A stretch of 64,000 nucleotides of DNA from a virus (taxonomy: Duplodnaviria > Caudoviricetes). The stretch is from the IMG/VR virus record IMGVR_UViG_3300010365_001248, positions 32,001 through 96,000 of that record; one strand, given 5' to 3'. The position numbers and the translations under genes were made by a program. Below are positions 11,378 through 21,514 of the stretch, piece after piece; within the stretch, counting starts at the first letter, position 1, and every line of letters begins with the position of its first letter. Below the pieces are notes generated by a model. That model had not been told where the DNA came from. It ran no database searches and worked only from the letters and a program-made list of their open reading frames with translations.

Positions 11378-11911
11378 ATGAAAGTAATTTCTGAAATTGT
11401 TTATACAATTGAAATTGATACTGAAACTAACGAATCTCGAATTATTAAACAGAGATTTTTAACAAAAGGAGATATTAAAATAGATGATTCTACTACAGAT
11501 CCTATTATTATTAGAGATGCTAATAAACTTACATTTAATCAAGCAGCTTTAGATTTAATGCAAGTAAAAGTAGGAGATTCTATTTCAATTAAGTATCGTA
11601 CTGAAAATGGTAAAGAAATTCCATTAATAGGAAAAGATCAATATTTTCCAAATGCTATTGGAAATAAAATTACTAAGAAAGGTACTATATCTTTTAGAGG
11701 AGATATGAATAAAAATTTATCTCTTTTTGGTTCTACTTTTAATTTAGTAGAAAGTAAAGATAAAGGTATTTTCTTTATGAAAGGAGATCTAAATACTGTG
11801 GAAGTTCCTGATGAAATTATTGATATTAATAAAGAACTTGATATATCTTCTTTAAATGAAGAAGATCTATCTTTAGACGATACGGATCTTTCTTTTGATT
11901 TTAGTCTTTAA
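11378..11911 (+). CDS. hypothetical protein with acidic tail
   Basis: 177 aa ORF with an acidic C-terminus. Confidence 0.7.
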   Translation: MKVISEIVYTIEIDTETNESRIIKQRFLTKGDIKIDDSTTDPIIIRDANKLTFNQAALDLMQVKVGDSISIKYRTENGKEIPLIGKDQYFPNAIGNKITKKGTISFRGDMNKNLSLFGSTFNLVESKDKGIFFMKGDLNTVEVPDEIIDINKELDISSLNEEDLSLDDTDLSFDFSL

Positions 11912-11971
11912 ACATTGCAAAACAAATACTATTAAATTTTAATATATTAACTTTTTAAATTTTTAAACAAC

Positions 11972-12697
11972 ATGAATTTTTCAAATCAAAACGACGAAGT
12001 AGTAATTAGTAGTTCTAACAAGAAGCCTTTGATGCCTTATGCTGTACACACAGTAACCCTTGATTCTGTTGAAATTACAGAAAGTGGAGTTTATAAATTC
12101 CTAGCTTTTTCATTTTCTAATGAGGAAGGAGTAATTAATCTTTCAGTATTTAAACCAAATGATAAAGATGAGGAACGTAAAGAAATGTCTCGTCAAAATG
12201 GTGCTAAATATTATTTACCTTCTAGAGCAGAAAATATGTGGGCTTGTTTTCAGCAACTAATGAAAACTTTGAATCCTGCTGGATATGAAAAAGCTAAAAC
12301 GGTAAAAATTAAGAATTTCGATGATGCTTTTGCAGTAGTAGAAAAAGTATTGAAGGCAGCTATTGGCACTCAAACTAATATTAAAGTAGAAGGATATATG
12401 AAGAATGGATATATCCAATTTATGCTTCCTAATATTACTACTTTGGTAGATTCTTCTAATAGTAAAAGTGAAGTTCGACAAAATGATTATTTTGTAGGAG
12501 ATCAGGTATTTCTAACTAATTATAATATCACTAGAGCAGCTAAATTTAAAGCAGATTATGAGGCATCTAGAAATGCTCAGCCAACTCCTATGACTACTGC
12601 AGAAAATTCAACAGAAAGTGGTGATCTTAATATTACAGAAACTACTCCAGAAGATTTGAATACTAATGATATTGATATTACTTCGCTAGATCTATAA
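11972..12697 (+). CDS. putative single-stranded DNA-binding protein
   Basis: 241 aa; beta-rich N-terminus and acidic C-tail; sits between the Sak4-like ATPase and primase. Confidence 0.55.
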   Translation: MNFSNQNDEVVISSSNKKPLMPYAVHTVTLDSVEITESGVYKFLAFSFSNEEGVINLSVFKPNDKDEERKEMSRQNGAKYYLPSRAENMWACFQQLMKTLNPAGYEKAKTVKIKNFDDAFAVVEKVLKAAIGTQTNIKVEGYMKNGYIQFMLPNITTLVDSSNSKSEVRQNDYFVGDQVFLTNYNITRAAKFKADYEASRNAQPTPMTTAENSTESGDLNITETTPEDLNTNDIDITSLDL

Positions 12698-12699
12698 TA

Positions 12700-13704
12700 A
12701 TGAATTTTAATTACTCTTCTGATAAGGTACAATTACCTATTACAAAAGAGTTTTTATTATCTAAAAATAGTGAAGAAACATATATGTCTTATTACTTAGG
12801 GATGCCCTTAAGTAATAAGGCATTTTGTAGTCCTTTAAGAAAGGATCATAAACCTTCTTGTTCACTTTGGAAAAGTAAATTAGGAACTTTATATTTTAAA
12901 GATTTTGCTACAGGACAAACTTTATCTTTTGTCAATTTAGTTATGGTGAAGTATAATTGTACTTACTCAGAAGCTTTAATTAAAATTGCAGAAGATTTTG
13001 GTTTAACTCCTGAACAAACTAATTTACAACCAATTATTCAACAAATACCTACTTTTAAAACAAAAAGTCAATCTAAAATTCAAATAGAACAAAAAAAATT
13101 TACTAAACAAGAATTAGCTTGGTGGAAACAATTTGGTATTACTAAAGAAATTTTAGATAAATTCAGTATTTTTAGTTGTAAAAATGTCTTTTTAAATAAT
13201 AAAATATTTATTACTTCTACAGAAAAATGTCCAGTTTATGGGTATTTTTATGGAATTAAAAATGGTATAGAACAATGGAAAATTTATATTCCATTAAGAA
13301 CTAAATTTAGATGGATTAATAATGCAGATAAAGAAACTACTCAAGGTTATGCTCAATTACCAGAAACAGGAAAATATTTAGTTATTACTAAATCTTTAAA
13401 AGATGTAGCTTTACTCTACACGTTTGGTATACCTGCAGTAGCTCCTTCTTCTGAAACAAGTTTTATTAAAAAAGAATTATTAGAAGAATTAAAAAATAGA
13501 TTTCAAACTATTATAGTTTTCTTTGATAATGATCGTACTGGGAAAGCTTATATGGCTAAATTAAGACATAAATATCCAGAATTTAAATATCTAATAATTC
13601 CTAGACAATTAAAAGCTAAAGATATTAGTGATTTTTATAAATTATATGGTAGAAAGTTGACTAAAGATCTTATTAAAAAAGGTTTAAAAATTATTTCAAA
13701 ATGA
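12700..13704 (+). CDS. dnaG: DNA primase (degenerate Zn-binding domain plus TOPRIM)
   Basis: CSPLRKDHKPSC, FKDF, ITKSLKD, FFDNDRTG and KDISD motifs. Confidence 0.88.
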   Translation: MNFNYSSDKVQLPITKEFLLSKNSEETYMSYYLGMPLSNKAFCSPLRKDHKPSCSLWKSKLGTLYFKDFATGQTLSFVNLVMVKYNCTYSEALIKIAEDFGLTPEQTNLQPIIQQIPTFKTKSQSKIQIEQKKFTKQELAWWKQFGITKEILDKFSIFSCKNVFLNNKIFITSTEKCPVYGYFYGIKNGIEQWKIYIPLRTKFRWINNADKETTQGYAQLPETGKYLVITKSLKDVALLYTFGIPAVAPSSETSFIKKELLEELKNRFQTIIVFFDNDRTGKAYMAKLRHKYPEFKYLIIPRQLKAKDISDFYKLYGRKLTKDLIKKGLKIISK

Positions 13705-13922
13705 ATAAAGAACTTGAAAAAAGACTTTTTGAAACTCCTTCAACTGAAATTGAAATGTTAACTGCAACTGCTTATAATAAAGTTATGAGAGAAGTAGTAG
13801 TTAATGAAGATTCAGATGAAAGAAAACTTTGTGCAATGGCAGGTAGTTAGATTTATAGAATCAAAGATAGTATTCCTGCTATTGAATATCCTGATGTAGA
13901 TAGAGCCAATGAGGCTCCTTAA
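13701..13922 (+). CDS. small hypothetical protein with one in-frame TAG (13848-13850)
   Basis: ATGA overlap with primase; 49 aa to the TAG, 73 aa to the TAA if TAG is Gln. Confidence 0.4.
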
Positions 13923-14060
13923 GCAGAGCCTCCCAGTAATAACTAATTGATATAGGTATTGGTCGATTTACTGTTAATGGAGATACTATTATTTATGAAA
14001 ATGCAGATTTTACACGATTTGGTTTTGCTACAATAGGATTACCAATTCGTCCTGTTAAAC

Positions 14061-14088
14061 AAGGTCAGTCTTAAGACTGACCTTTTTT
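14061..14088 (+). terminator. rho-independent terminator
   Basis: Perfect hairpin AAGGTCAGTC-TTAA-GACTGACCTT followed by a T run. Confidence 0.85.
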
Positions 14089-14099
14089 ATTTTATATAA

Positions 14100-14483
14100 A
14101 TGGATAAAGAAGAAAGAAAAGCTTTAGGAAAAAGAGTTCGAAGAAGAGGTAATGCTTATGAATTAAAAATTATTAAAGAATTAACTGAATTAGGGTTTTC
14201 TAATTTACAAAGCAGTCGTTCAGCATCTAGAGCATTAGATAATCAAAAAATTGATATTTATGATCCTGATAATGTTTTAAATTTTTATGTACAATGTAAA
14301 GCTTCAAAAAATACTCCTAATTTAGTTATACTAAATAAAGAAGTAGGTAAAAAAGATAAACCTTTAGCTATATTTTTTAATAAAGCAGATTCAATGGCAA
14401 AAATTAAAGAATTTGTATGTATTCCTAAATCATTTTTTTATCAATTAATTTCTAATAATTTTTTAAATGCAATTACTGAATAA
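14100..14483 (+). CDS. Hjc-like Holliday junction resolvase (PD-(D/E)XK)
   Basis: RRGNAYE...GF...SR...KIDI...VQCK pattern. Confidence 0.75.
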   Translation: MDKEERKALGKRVRRRGNAYELKIIKELTELGFSNLQSSRSASRALDNQKIDIYDPDNVLNFYVQCKASKNTPNLVILNKEVGKKDKPLAIFFNKADSMAKIKEFVCIPKSFFYQLISNNFLNAITE

Positions 14484-14943
14484 ATTAAAACAAAAAATTA
14501 ATTATTTAAATAAACGGTATAATCCATATTATTATTGGTTGCCTTTTAAAAAATATATTAAAAGACCTACTATGTCTTTTTATATAACTCATAAATATAA
14601 TTATTTTTTTGGTTTATCTTGTCCTGATAGCTTTCATTGTATATTTCGACCTTTAGGTTGGAAATTAAAATATGATATGGCTAGATGGGAATGGAATCCT
14701 TATTTTTCTTTACGTATTCCTTATATAGGTCATTTTTTAATTCTCTGGGGATTTGAAAATACTACTAAAGTAAAAAATGCTTATATGCTTAATAGTATTT
14801 GTTGGGAAAGTATGTTAGATCTTACTGCAGCTAATAAAATAACCAAAGAAAATATTATTCAAACTTTTAATGATGTTTGTTGGACCACTCATAGTAAAAA
14901 TGGTAAACATACAACTCATGTTACTGATTTATTGAAAAAATGA
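14467..14943 (+). CDS. hypothetical protein (aromatic-rich)
   Basis: 158 aa ORF overlapping the upstream gene. Confidence 0.65.
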   Translation: MQLLNKLKQKINYLNKRYNPYYYWLPFKKYIKRPTMSFYITHKYNYFFGLSCPDSFHCIFRPLGWKLKYDMARWEWNPYFSLRIPYIGHFLILWGFENTTKVKNAYMLNSICWESMLDLTAANKITKENIIQTFNDVCWTTHSKNGKHTTHVTDLLKK

Positions 14944-14998
14944 ATAAACTCATGAAAAAAGAAAAAATTAAAAATAAAATTTTAAAATTTTTAAATAT

Positions 14999-15499
14999 AT
15001 GTTAAATATTGGGCTGGACGCAGATGGAGTAATCGCTGATTTTTTTAATTCATATTATAAATTTTTTAATATGGATTATTCCACACCAATAGATAGTAAT
15101 AAAATGACAAAAGCATGTAATCAAATATTGATTCATGAACATGATTTTTGGGTAGAAATGCCTATTCTATATATGCCTAATTTTACCCCAAAATTAATTT
15201 GTACTAAAAGAAATTTTCCAATTGAATGGACTAAAGAATTTTTAATTAAAAATAATATTCCTATAGTTCCAATTATTCAAATAGAGTATTCTCAAAATAA
15301 ATCTACTTTTCTAAAACATGAAAAAATAGATGTATTTATTGAGGATACTCCTGAAAACTTAGAAGATTTAATTAATCATGGAATTCCTTGTCTTTTACTT
15401 GATGGTGATTTTAATAAGTATTATAATACGCCTTATAGGATATATTCGCTCGAATATCAAGAAATAGAAAAAATGTATAATAAATATTTTAAATTATGA
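14999..15499 (+). CDS. HAD-family 5'(3')-deoxyribonucleotidase-like protein
   Basis: IGLDADGVIADF (DxD motif); C-terminal IDVFIED...N. Confidence 0.8.
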   Translation: MLNIGLDADGVIADFFNSYYKFFNMDYSTPIDSNKMTKACNQILIHEHDFWVEMPILYMPNFTPKLICTKRNFPIEWTKEFLIKNNIPIVPIIQIEYSQNKSTFLKHEKIDVFIEDTPENLEDLINHGIPCLLLDGDFNKYYNTPYRIYSLEYQEIEKMYNKYFKL

Positions 15500-16194
15500 T
15501 TATTATTCCTGATATACACGGTAGAACTTTTTGGAAAAGTGCTATAGAACAAAAAGAAAAGAATGAGAAAATAATATTTTTAGGGGATTATTTAGATCAT
15601 TATGATTATGAAAAAAATTCAGAAAATGAATTAATTACTCCTGAAAAGGCTATAGAAAATTTTAAAGAAATTTTAAATTATAAAAAGAATAATAATAATG
15701 TAATTCTCTTACAAGGAAATCATGATTATATTCATTATAATTTAAATTCTTTTGATTACAGAAAATATTATAAATATGAAGAAGATATTAATATGCTTTT
15801 TAAAGATAATTTAAAATTATTTTCTATAGCTCATTATGAAGTGTTTAAAAATCAACCTTTTTTATTTACTCATGCTGGAGTAATGCAAAAATGGTTAAAT
15901 AGGGTTAATCAAAAATTTTCAACTATTGAAAATTTAGTACATTGGCTAAATACTAACCCTTGGGCGGCTTTACGAATGTGTGGACCTGATAGAGGAGGTT
16001 TTGATCCTGTAGGTAGTTGTTTATGGGTAACTGTAACTGAATTTGATACTACTAATTATGAATTACCTAATATTTATCAAATTTTTGGACACACACAACT
16101 ACGTTCTGGTTTTATAGGTCCATATCATGCAGATTTGGATTGTCGTAAAGCGTTTAAATTAAATGAAGATACTTTAGAAATTTCTCCTTTATGA
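15496..16194 (+). CDS. calcineurin-like metallophosphoesterase
   Basis: DIHG, GDYLD, GNHD, HAG and GHT motifs. Confidence 0.9.
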   Translation: MIIIPDIHGRTFWKSAIEQKEKNEKIIFLGDYLDHYDYEKNSENELITPEKAIENFKEILNYKKNNNNVILLQGNHDYIHYNLNSFDYRKYYKYEEDINMLFKDNLKLFSIAHYEVFKNQPFLFTHAGVMQKWLNRVNQKFSTIENLVHWLNTNPWAALRMCGPDRGGFDPVGSCLWVTVTEFDTTNYELPNIYQIFGHTQLRSGFIGPYHADLDCRKAFKLNEDTLEISPL

Positions 16195-17479
16195 AATTAG
16201 ATGATATTAAATTAATTCCTTTAATGGATACTTTAAGATTACAAAAAATTTCAGATGAAGTTTATTTTTCTGAAAAATATTCATCTTATATTAGTAATTC
16301 TCGTTTAGGATTACTAAATCCATTACAGGATGGGACTCCTGAAAAATTTTTTCAAGGATTTGTAAATCAGGGATATAACCCTTCTTTCGAGTTAGGTAGA
16401 TGAAAATTTTTATAGTATAACTGCCGTCTTTATGAGTAATTATAAAGATTATAACAGGGCAATATCGGTGAATTCTGAAATTGAAAATACCGAGATAACT
16501 TTTGGAATAGCGAAAGGTTCAAAAGCATCGTAGAGCATAGGAAATGAATAAATATAATTTTCCCAAGAGTGTCCTGCTCCTTATATATTAAGGATGAAAA
16601 TATATGCCGAACTATAAAGAATAACAATTTATAGAAATATAGATAAAAAGCTATATGATAACAAAATTGAGTAGAACCCATGAATTAATACTCCAGCCTG
16701 AATACTTTGAATTGGCTCCTGATTTAATGCGACCAAGTGCTAAATTAGGAGCTATTGCGGATAAATTATATCCCTATTTTATTAAAAATACTATAACAGA
16801 TGATCTAGTAACAAAATTTTGTTTGGAAATAGATTATTATGTTAATCAATTAACTCCTAATAGAATTCAAAGTATTAAAGATACTTGTAATGAGTATTGG
16901 AAAAGAAGACAACAGTATGAAGCTTCTCATGAAACATCTAAAATAATTCAATATTGTGATGCTAAATTGTTAAGTACTGTACAAAGTTGTGTTGGTAATT
17001 TAAATAATCATCCACAAGTTAAATCTTTATTACACCCTGAAGGTATACTAGAAACTCCAATATCTGAATGTGAACAAGCCATTCTTTTGGATATAAAAGC
17101 AGAATTACCTAATGGAAAAAATATTATACTAAAACTAAAAGCAAAACTAGATAATTATACTATAGATAAAGAAGCTAATATAGTTACTGTTAATGATGTT
17201 AAAACTTATAGAACTGATTTAATTATGAACTGTGAAGCTTTTCATTATCATCGCGAGATAGGGTTGTATCTCTATTTATTATCAAAATGTTGTGAAAAAT
17301 TTTATAATATGAAAGATTTTACAATGAAAGGTAATTATCTAGGTGTTCAAACTCAATTTCCTTTTAGAGCTTGTGTTTTACCTGTAAAACAACAAGATTT
17401 TAAAAAAGGATTAATTGAAATGGATAAATTATTAAAATATGCTGCTTATTTAATAGGATATAAAAATTATAAATTCTAA
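16191..17479 (+). CDS. PD-(D/E)XK exonuclease (RecE/ExoVIII-like), 1 group I intron (exons 16191-16397, 16670-17479; about 338 aa)
   Basis: ISNSRL, FELG|SRTHELILQP, KAKLD...NDVKT...YHREIGLY. Confidence 0.82.
16398..16669 (+). mobile_element. group I intron (272 nt), variant P7
   Basis: ggt|ag pairs with ctgcc; GCATA/TATGC; ends GATAACAAAATTG. Confidence 0.88.
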
Positions 17480-17813
17480 TGTCACTAACTAGTTCAATTT
17501 TAATTAGTTGCTTTTTAACTATACTATGTATTATTTTAATTGAAAGAAAAAATTAATTTTTCTTTTAAATATATTAAAATTTTTTAATACTTTTGTATTC
17601 TATGAATCCACAAATGGCTTATTCTATTGTACAATTTATCCATAAAAATTTAGAAAAAGATATTCAATTATCAGTAGAAGATACTGCTAGTTTAATTTCT
17701 AAACAATTTAATTTAAAATATGAAGAATCCTATAAAATAGCTTCAGATTTATTTTATTTTGTTAATTCTGATTTTTTAATGAATTTATTTAAATTTAAAT
17801 TAAATATTTTAAA

Positions 17814-18395
17814 ATGAGTAGTTACACTTTTGTTGATTTTTGTTACAAAGAAAAAACTATTAAATCTTTAATAGATTTTTGTACTTCTGCCTCAAGAGAA
17901 CTTGATTTACCAGGTACTGGTACAAATAGAATTAATTATTTTCTTGAACATGATCATAAATTTAAAGATGAAGTTTTTAAATCTATGATTGATAATGGTT
18001 TAGATCCCCTTAAAGATAATAGTATTTATTATATTTGGAGCCATTCTAAATTTAATTTAGTAGAAAGATTTGGAGAAAAAGCTCATTGGGCTCCTTTTAC
18101 AAAAGATTTACTAGATTATGCAATAAATCATTATAAAGAAAATGTTAATGAGGCTAAAAAAGCTATTAAAGATAATTTAGCAATTAACCAATATCTTTCA
18201 AAAATTCAGGCTTCTACAAAGGAAGCTGTAATAGAAATAGTTGAACAAATACAATCTAATGAATCTTCTAATGATTATTGGAAAGATGAATTAAAAATAG
18301 CTAAATATAATCTAAAGCGATTTAAACGTATTAAATTTTGGTATTATTTAACTAAATTTATACCTAAATGTCAACTATTGTATTATCGGGATTAA
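17814..18395 (+). CDS. hypothetical protein
   Basis: 193 aa ORF. Confidence 0.7.
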   Translation: MSSYTFVDFCYKEKTIKSLIDFCTSASRELDLPGTGTNRINYFLEHDHKFKDEVFKSMIDNGLDPLKDNSIYYIWSHSKFNLVERFGEKAHWAPFTKDLLDYAINHYKENVNEAKKAIKDNLAINQYLSKIQASTKEAVIEIVEQIQSNESSNDYWKDELKIAKYNLKRFKRIKFWYYLTKFIPKCQLLYYRD

Positions 18396-18411
18396 AAAAG
18401 AAAATACTTTT

Positions 18412-18445
18412 AGCAGGCTTTACTTTTATAGTAAGCCTGTTTTTA
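18412..18445 (+). terminator. rho-independent terminator
   Basis: GCAGGCTT(T)AC...GTAAGCCTGT hairpin followed by a T run. Confidence 0.75.
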
Positions 18446-18561
18446 TTTTTAATATATTTATATTATAAATGTGGAAGAATTATTACTTATAAGTTTTTTT
18501 CTTGGATTACTTCTGATAAGTATTTAAGGTTTAAATAAACTAATTAATAAAATACGAAAAA

Positions 18562-19053
18562 ATGGGCACTAATTTTTATAGAGTAAAAAAATATGATTCT
18601 TTTAATAATGAATTAGCTCATTATTATATTTCTGTTGGAAAATTATTAGGAGAAGATTCTTTAGAAAGTTTAATAAATGATTTAAAGAATCCAATTCATA
18701 TTTGTAAAATTTCAGCAGGTTGGCAAGTTTTATTTGATCATAATAATGGTGAATATTATAATCTTTCTAAAAAAAGTTTAAGTAAATTTCTAAAAAAAGA
18801 AGGTTATAATATAATAGATGAATATGGACAAATATATTCTTCAAAAGCTTTTTGGCAATTAGTTTCTTCACATAATAAAAATGAGCATAATAATTTTTAT
18901 GGAGAAATTTATGCTAAAGAAGTAAAAGATACAAACTATTATGCAACTGAATCAGAAAAAGAACGAATTCAAACTTTATGTGGAATTACGCCTATTTATG
19001 CTGATTTTCAATCTAATGGTTTAAGATGGTCAGTAAATACTAATTTTTGTTAA
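18562..19053 (+). CDS. hypothetical phage protein
   Basis: MGTNFY...IHICKISAGW...DEYG pattern. Confidence 0.75.
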   Translation: MGTNFYRVKKYDSFNNELAHYYISVGKLLGEDSLESLINDLKNPIHICKISAGWQVLFDHNNGEYYNLSKKSLSKFLKKEGYNIIDEYGQIYSSKAFWQLVSSHNKNEHNNFYGEIYAKEVKDTNYYATESEKERIQTLCGITPIYADFQSNGLRWSVNTNFC

Positions 19054-19359
19054 ATGATTGTATTACACAGTGTTAGTTTAGTAGCTTTAGCTGCAATGTT
19101 AATTTATGTTATTTGCTTTTTCTGTAAATATAGATTTATTCCACAAAGTTTATCTGTAACAGCAGAAAGGTCAGGTAGATATAGATGGTGGCAAGTTACT
19201 ATCTGTACTGTAATGGGTTGGTTAAGTTATTACTTACCAACTTGTTATCCTTTTGCTATTTATGGAGCTTTACCTCTTTTAGGAGCTGCTGGTGTAGCTG
19301 GATTAGCTTTAGCTGGTTATTATTCTTATTCACCTGGAATAGAAACTAAAAGGGAATAG
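19054..19359 (+). CDS. membrane protein, possibly truncated, ends at TAG
   Basis: About 3 hydrophobic segments; IPQSLSVT motif. Confidence 0.6.
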   Translation: MIVLHSVSLVALAAMLIYVICFFCKYRFIPQSLSVTAERSGRYRWWQVTICTVMGWLSYYLPTCYPFAIYGALPLLGAAGVAGLALAGYYSYSPGIETKRE

Positions 19360-19401
19360 TTGGTTATTATATTATAATAAATTTTATAGGAGTTCTATAA
19401 A

Positions 19402-19707
19402 TTGGATATTCGTGATTTGTATATAGGACACATGTCTTCTTCTGAAGATTGGTATCAATTTATTAATTTACTTTGTAATTTAACTAAATATTTATCTGAA
19501 CAAAAGAAGAAGAAACTTTCTTGCTCTGAAGTTTGGGAGGCAATATTGAAAAAATTACCTCCTAAAGATCAATGGGCAATAGATTTAGGTAAATTGGCTG
19601 ATATTATTTATATGCATTCAGATTTATTTGATAATTATGGATTTAAACCATCTGAATATTCAAGCCAATTATTAAAAATCTTTAATACAAAACTTGTACC
19701 ATTTTGA
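19402..19707 (+). CDS. hypothetical protein
   Basis: 101 aa ORF with TTG start. Confidence 0.6.
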   Translation: MDIRDLYIGHMSSSEDWYQFINLLCNLTKYLSEQKKKKLSCSEVWEAILKKLPPKDQWAIDLGKLADIIYMHSDLFDNYGFKPSEYSSQLLKIFNTKLVPF

Positions 19708-20243
19708 AACATATAGAAACTCAAATAGTGCGAGGTATTACTGTAAAAGACGCAGTTAAAATTTTGCCTTTTAAAGTCATCAAATGTATTGATGCAGGAC
19801 AATTTTTCCGTAAACTAGATAAAGAAGGAATAAAATATTCTAATAAAAAACAAAGAGAATTTGTTTGTGAAGAATTTTTAAAATACCATAAAGCTTGGAA
19901 ACCTGGTTATGTAGGTTATATTACACATAGATGGAGAACACTTTCTTGTAGATGTAAAAGCCAATCTATAGTAACTTATAATAAAAATACCAAGCATAAA
20001 TTAGAAAACGGTTATATTGTCTATAATCAAAATAATCAAATAGTAGAATTTATATACGATATTAAATTAAGTGATTTAATTTCATATTTGAGAAAAAAAT
20101 TAAAAGTAGATACTCTTTCTACTTATAAAGTTATGAAAATTAAAACACGCGATAGAGAAACTCCTACACTTTCATTTTCTAGAAAAAATATAAATGAAGA
20201 TAAATTAGGAGAATACGATATTTTCTATTGTATTGATGATTAA
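19704..20243 (+). CDS. hypothetical protein
   Basis: 179 aa ORF, coupled to neighbours. Confidence 0.65.
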   Translation: MKHIETQIVRGITVKDAVKILPFKVIKCIDAGQFFRKLDKEGIKYSNKKQREFVCEEFLKYHKAWKPGYVGYITHRWRTLSCRCKSQSIVTYNKNTKHKLENGYIVYNQNNQIVEFIYDIKLSDLISYLRKKLKVDTLSTYKVMKIKTRDRETPTLSFSRKNINEDKLGEYDIFYCIDD

Positions 20244-20829
20244 TAGCAAAATTTATCAAACTTTAATTAAACCTTGGATAAAAGAAAAAGATGTAGAACA
20301 ATTATTTACTGATTTATATAATAATTGGAAAAATACTTTAGCTACTAAAGATCGCATTCAAAATAAATTTATTTCAGATGGTATAATTAAAGTTTATAAA
20401 GATGATTCTTTTACAAAACTTGATTATTGGATTTTACAAGAATGTAAACTCAGTACTTTTTTAGGAGATAAAGAAAAAATAGCAGCACAGTTTTTACAAT
20501 CTTTAATTTATATTAGTTTTTCTTTATATGATATTTCTTATGATTTACCTGGAGATAAATGTAAAGGTATTGTTTTAAATTCTAAATATTTTTTTGGATA
20601 CATAGATTTAAAAGATATTAATTTATCTTCTTGGGAACCTTTATGGGATAAATATAGAAAAATTGTAAGACCTTGTGATGCTTTTAAGCATTCTGAATTA
20701 TTAAATTGGGCTAAACAAAATTTAAAATTTACTAAATATTTTGATATAGAACAATTTAAAACTATCGAAGATTCAGAAAATACAGGATTATTAACCAATA
20801 TAAATAATATAAGATATGAAATTGCTTGA
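20233..20829 (+). CDS. possible PD-(D/E)XK restriction-endonuclease-like protein
   Basis: SDGII...LQECK...QFLQSLIY arrangement. Confidence 0.45.
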   Translation: MMINSKIYQTLIKPWIKEKDVEQLFTDLYNNWKNTLATKDRIQNKFISDGIIKVYKDDSFTKLDYWILQECKLSTFLGDKEKIAAQFLQSLIYISFSLYDISYDLPGDKCKGIVLNSKYFFGYIDLKDINLSSWEPLWDKYRKIVRPCDAFKHSELLNWAKQNLKFTKYFDIEQFKTIEDSENTGLLTNINNIRYEIA

Positions 20830-21514
20830 TTTATATAAGGGTGCTACAGTTATTAACAAAAAATTAACCATTTCTCCTAAAAAATGTATAGCTCCTTTTA
20901 TAAAACAGTTTAAAGATTATAAAACTAAAATTAGTGTATTTGCATTATCTAATCAAGAAATACTTGAAAATAATATAACAAAGAAAATATATTCAGATGT
21001 ATTAATACAAGTAATTTTACCTAATATATCTTTAGCTTCTTATAAAATGATGATATGTTTTACATATAAAATAGGTTTTGGAGTAAAAATTTATAAATGT
21101 TGGTATGATATTGAAAATCAATCATATTTAGTAAATACTTCTAAAGATATTTATATGTATAATTTTGATAATATTGACTATTCTAAAGTTGCTACGTTAA
21201 TTAATGAAGATATACCTATTATTGATGAATCTAAATCTTTTAATACAGAAGATTTAAAGAAAATAATGGGTAGTTGGTCAATAGATTGTTCTCAATTAAC
21301 TTTAGCTATTAGTAAAGATAAAGTTAAATTAGCCGAAAATCTTCCTATTCGATGTTTTAAAAGAATTCAAAAACATTATTTACTTGATACTATTTCTATT
21401 AAAGAAATTAGACAAGATTTTAGTTTTCTTTTAATTGAAGATATGAAGAAAGATTTATATAATATATATGAGAAAAGTTTTCTCATCAATACTTTATTAA
21501 ATGAAAATTGTTAA
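20816..21514 (+). CDS. hypothetical protein
   Basis: 232 aa ORF. Confidence 0.65.
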   Translation: MKLLDLYKGATVINKKLTISPKKCIAPFIKQFKDYKTKISVFALSNQEILENNITKKIYSDVLIQVILPNISLASYKMMICFTYKIGFGVKIYKCWYDIENQSYLVNTSKDIYMYNFDNIDYSKVATLINEDIPIIDESKSFNTEDLKKIMGSWSIDCSQLTLAISKDKVKLAENLPIRCFKRIQKHYLLDTISIKEIRQDFSFLLIEDMKKDLYNIYEKSFLINTLLNENC

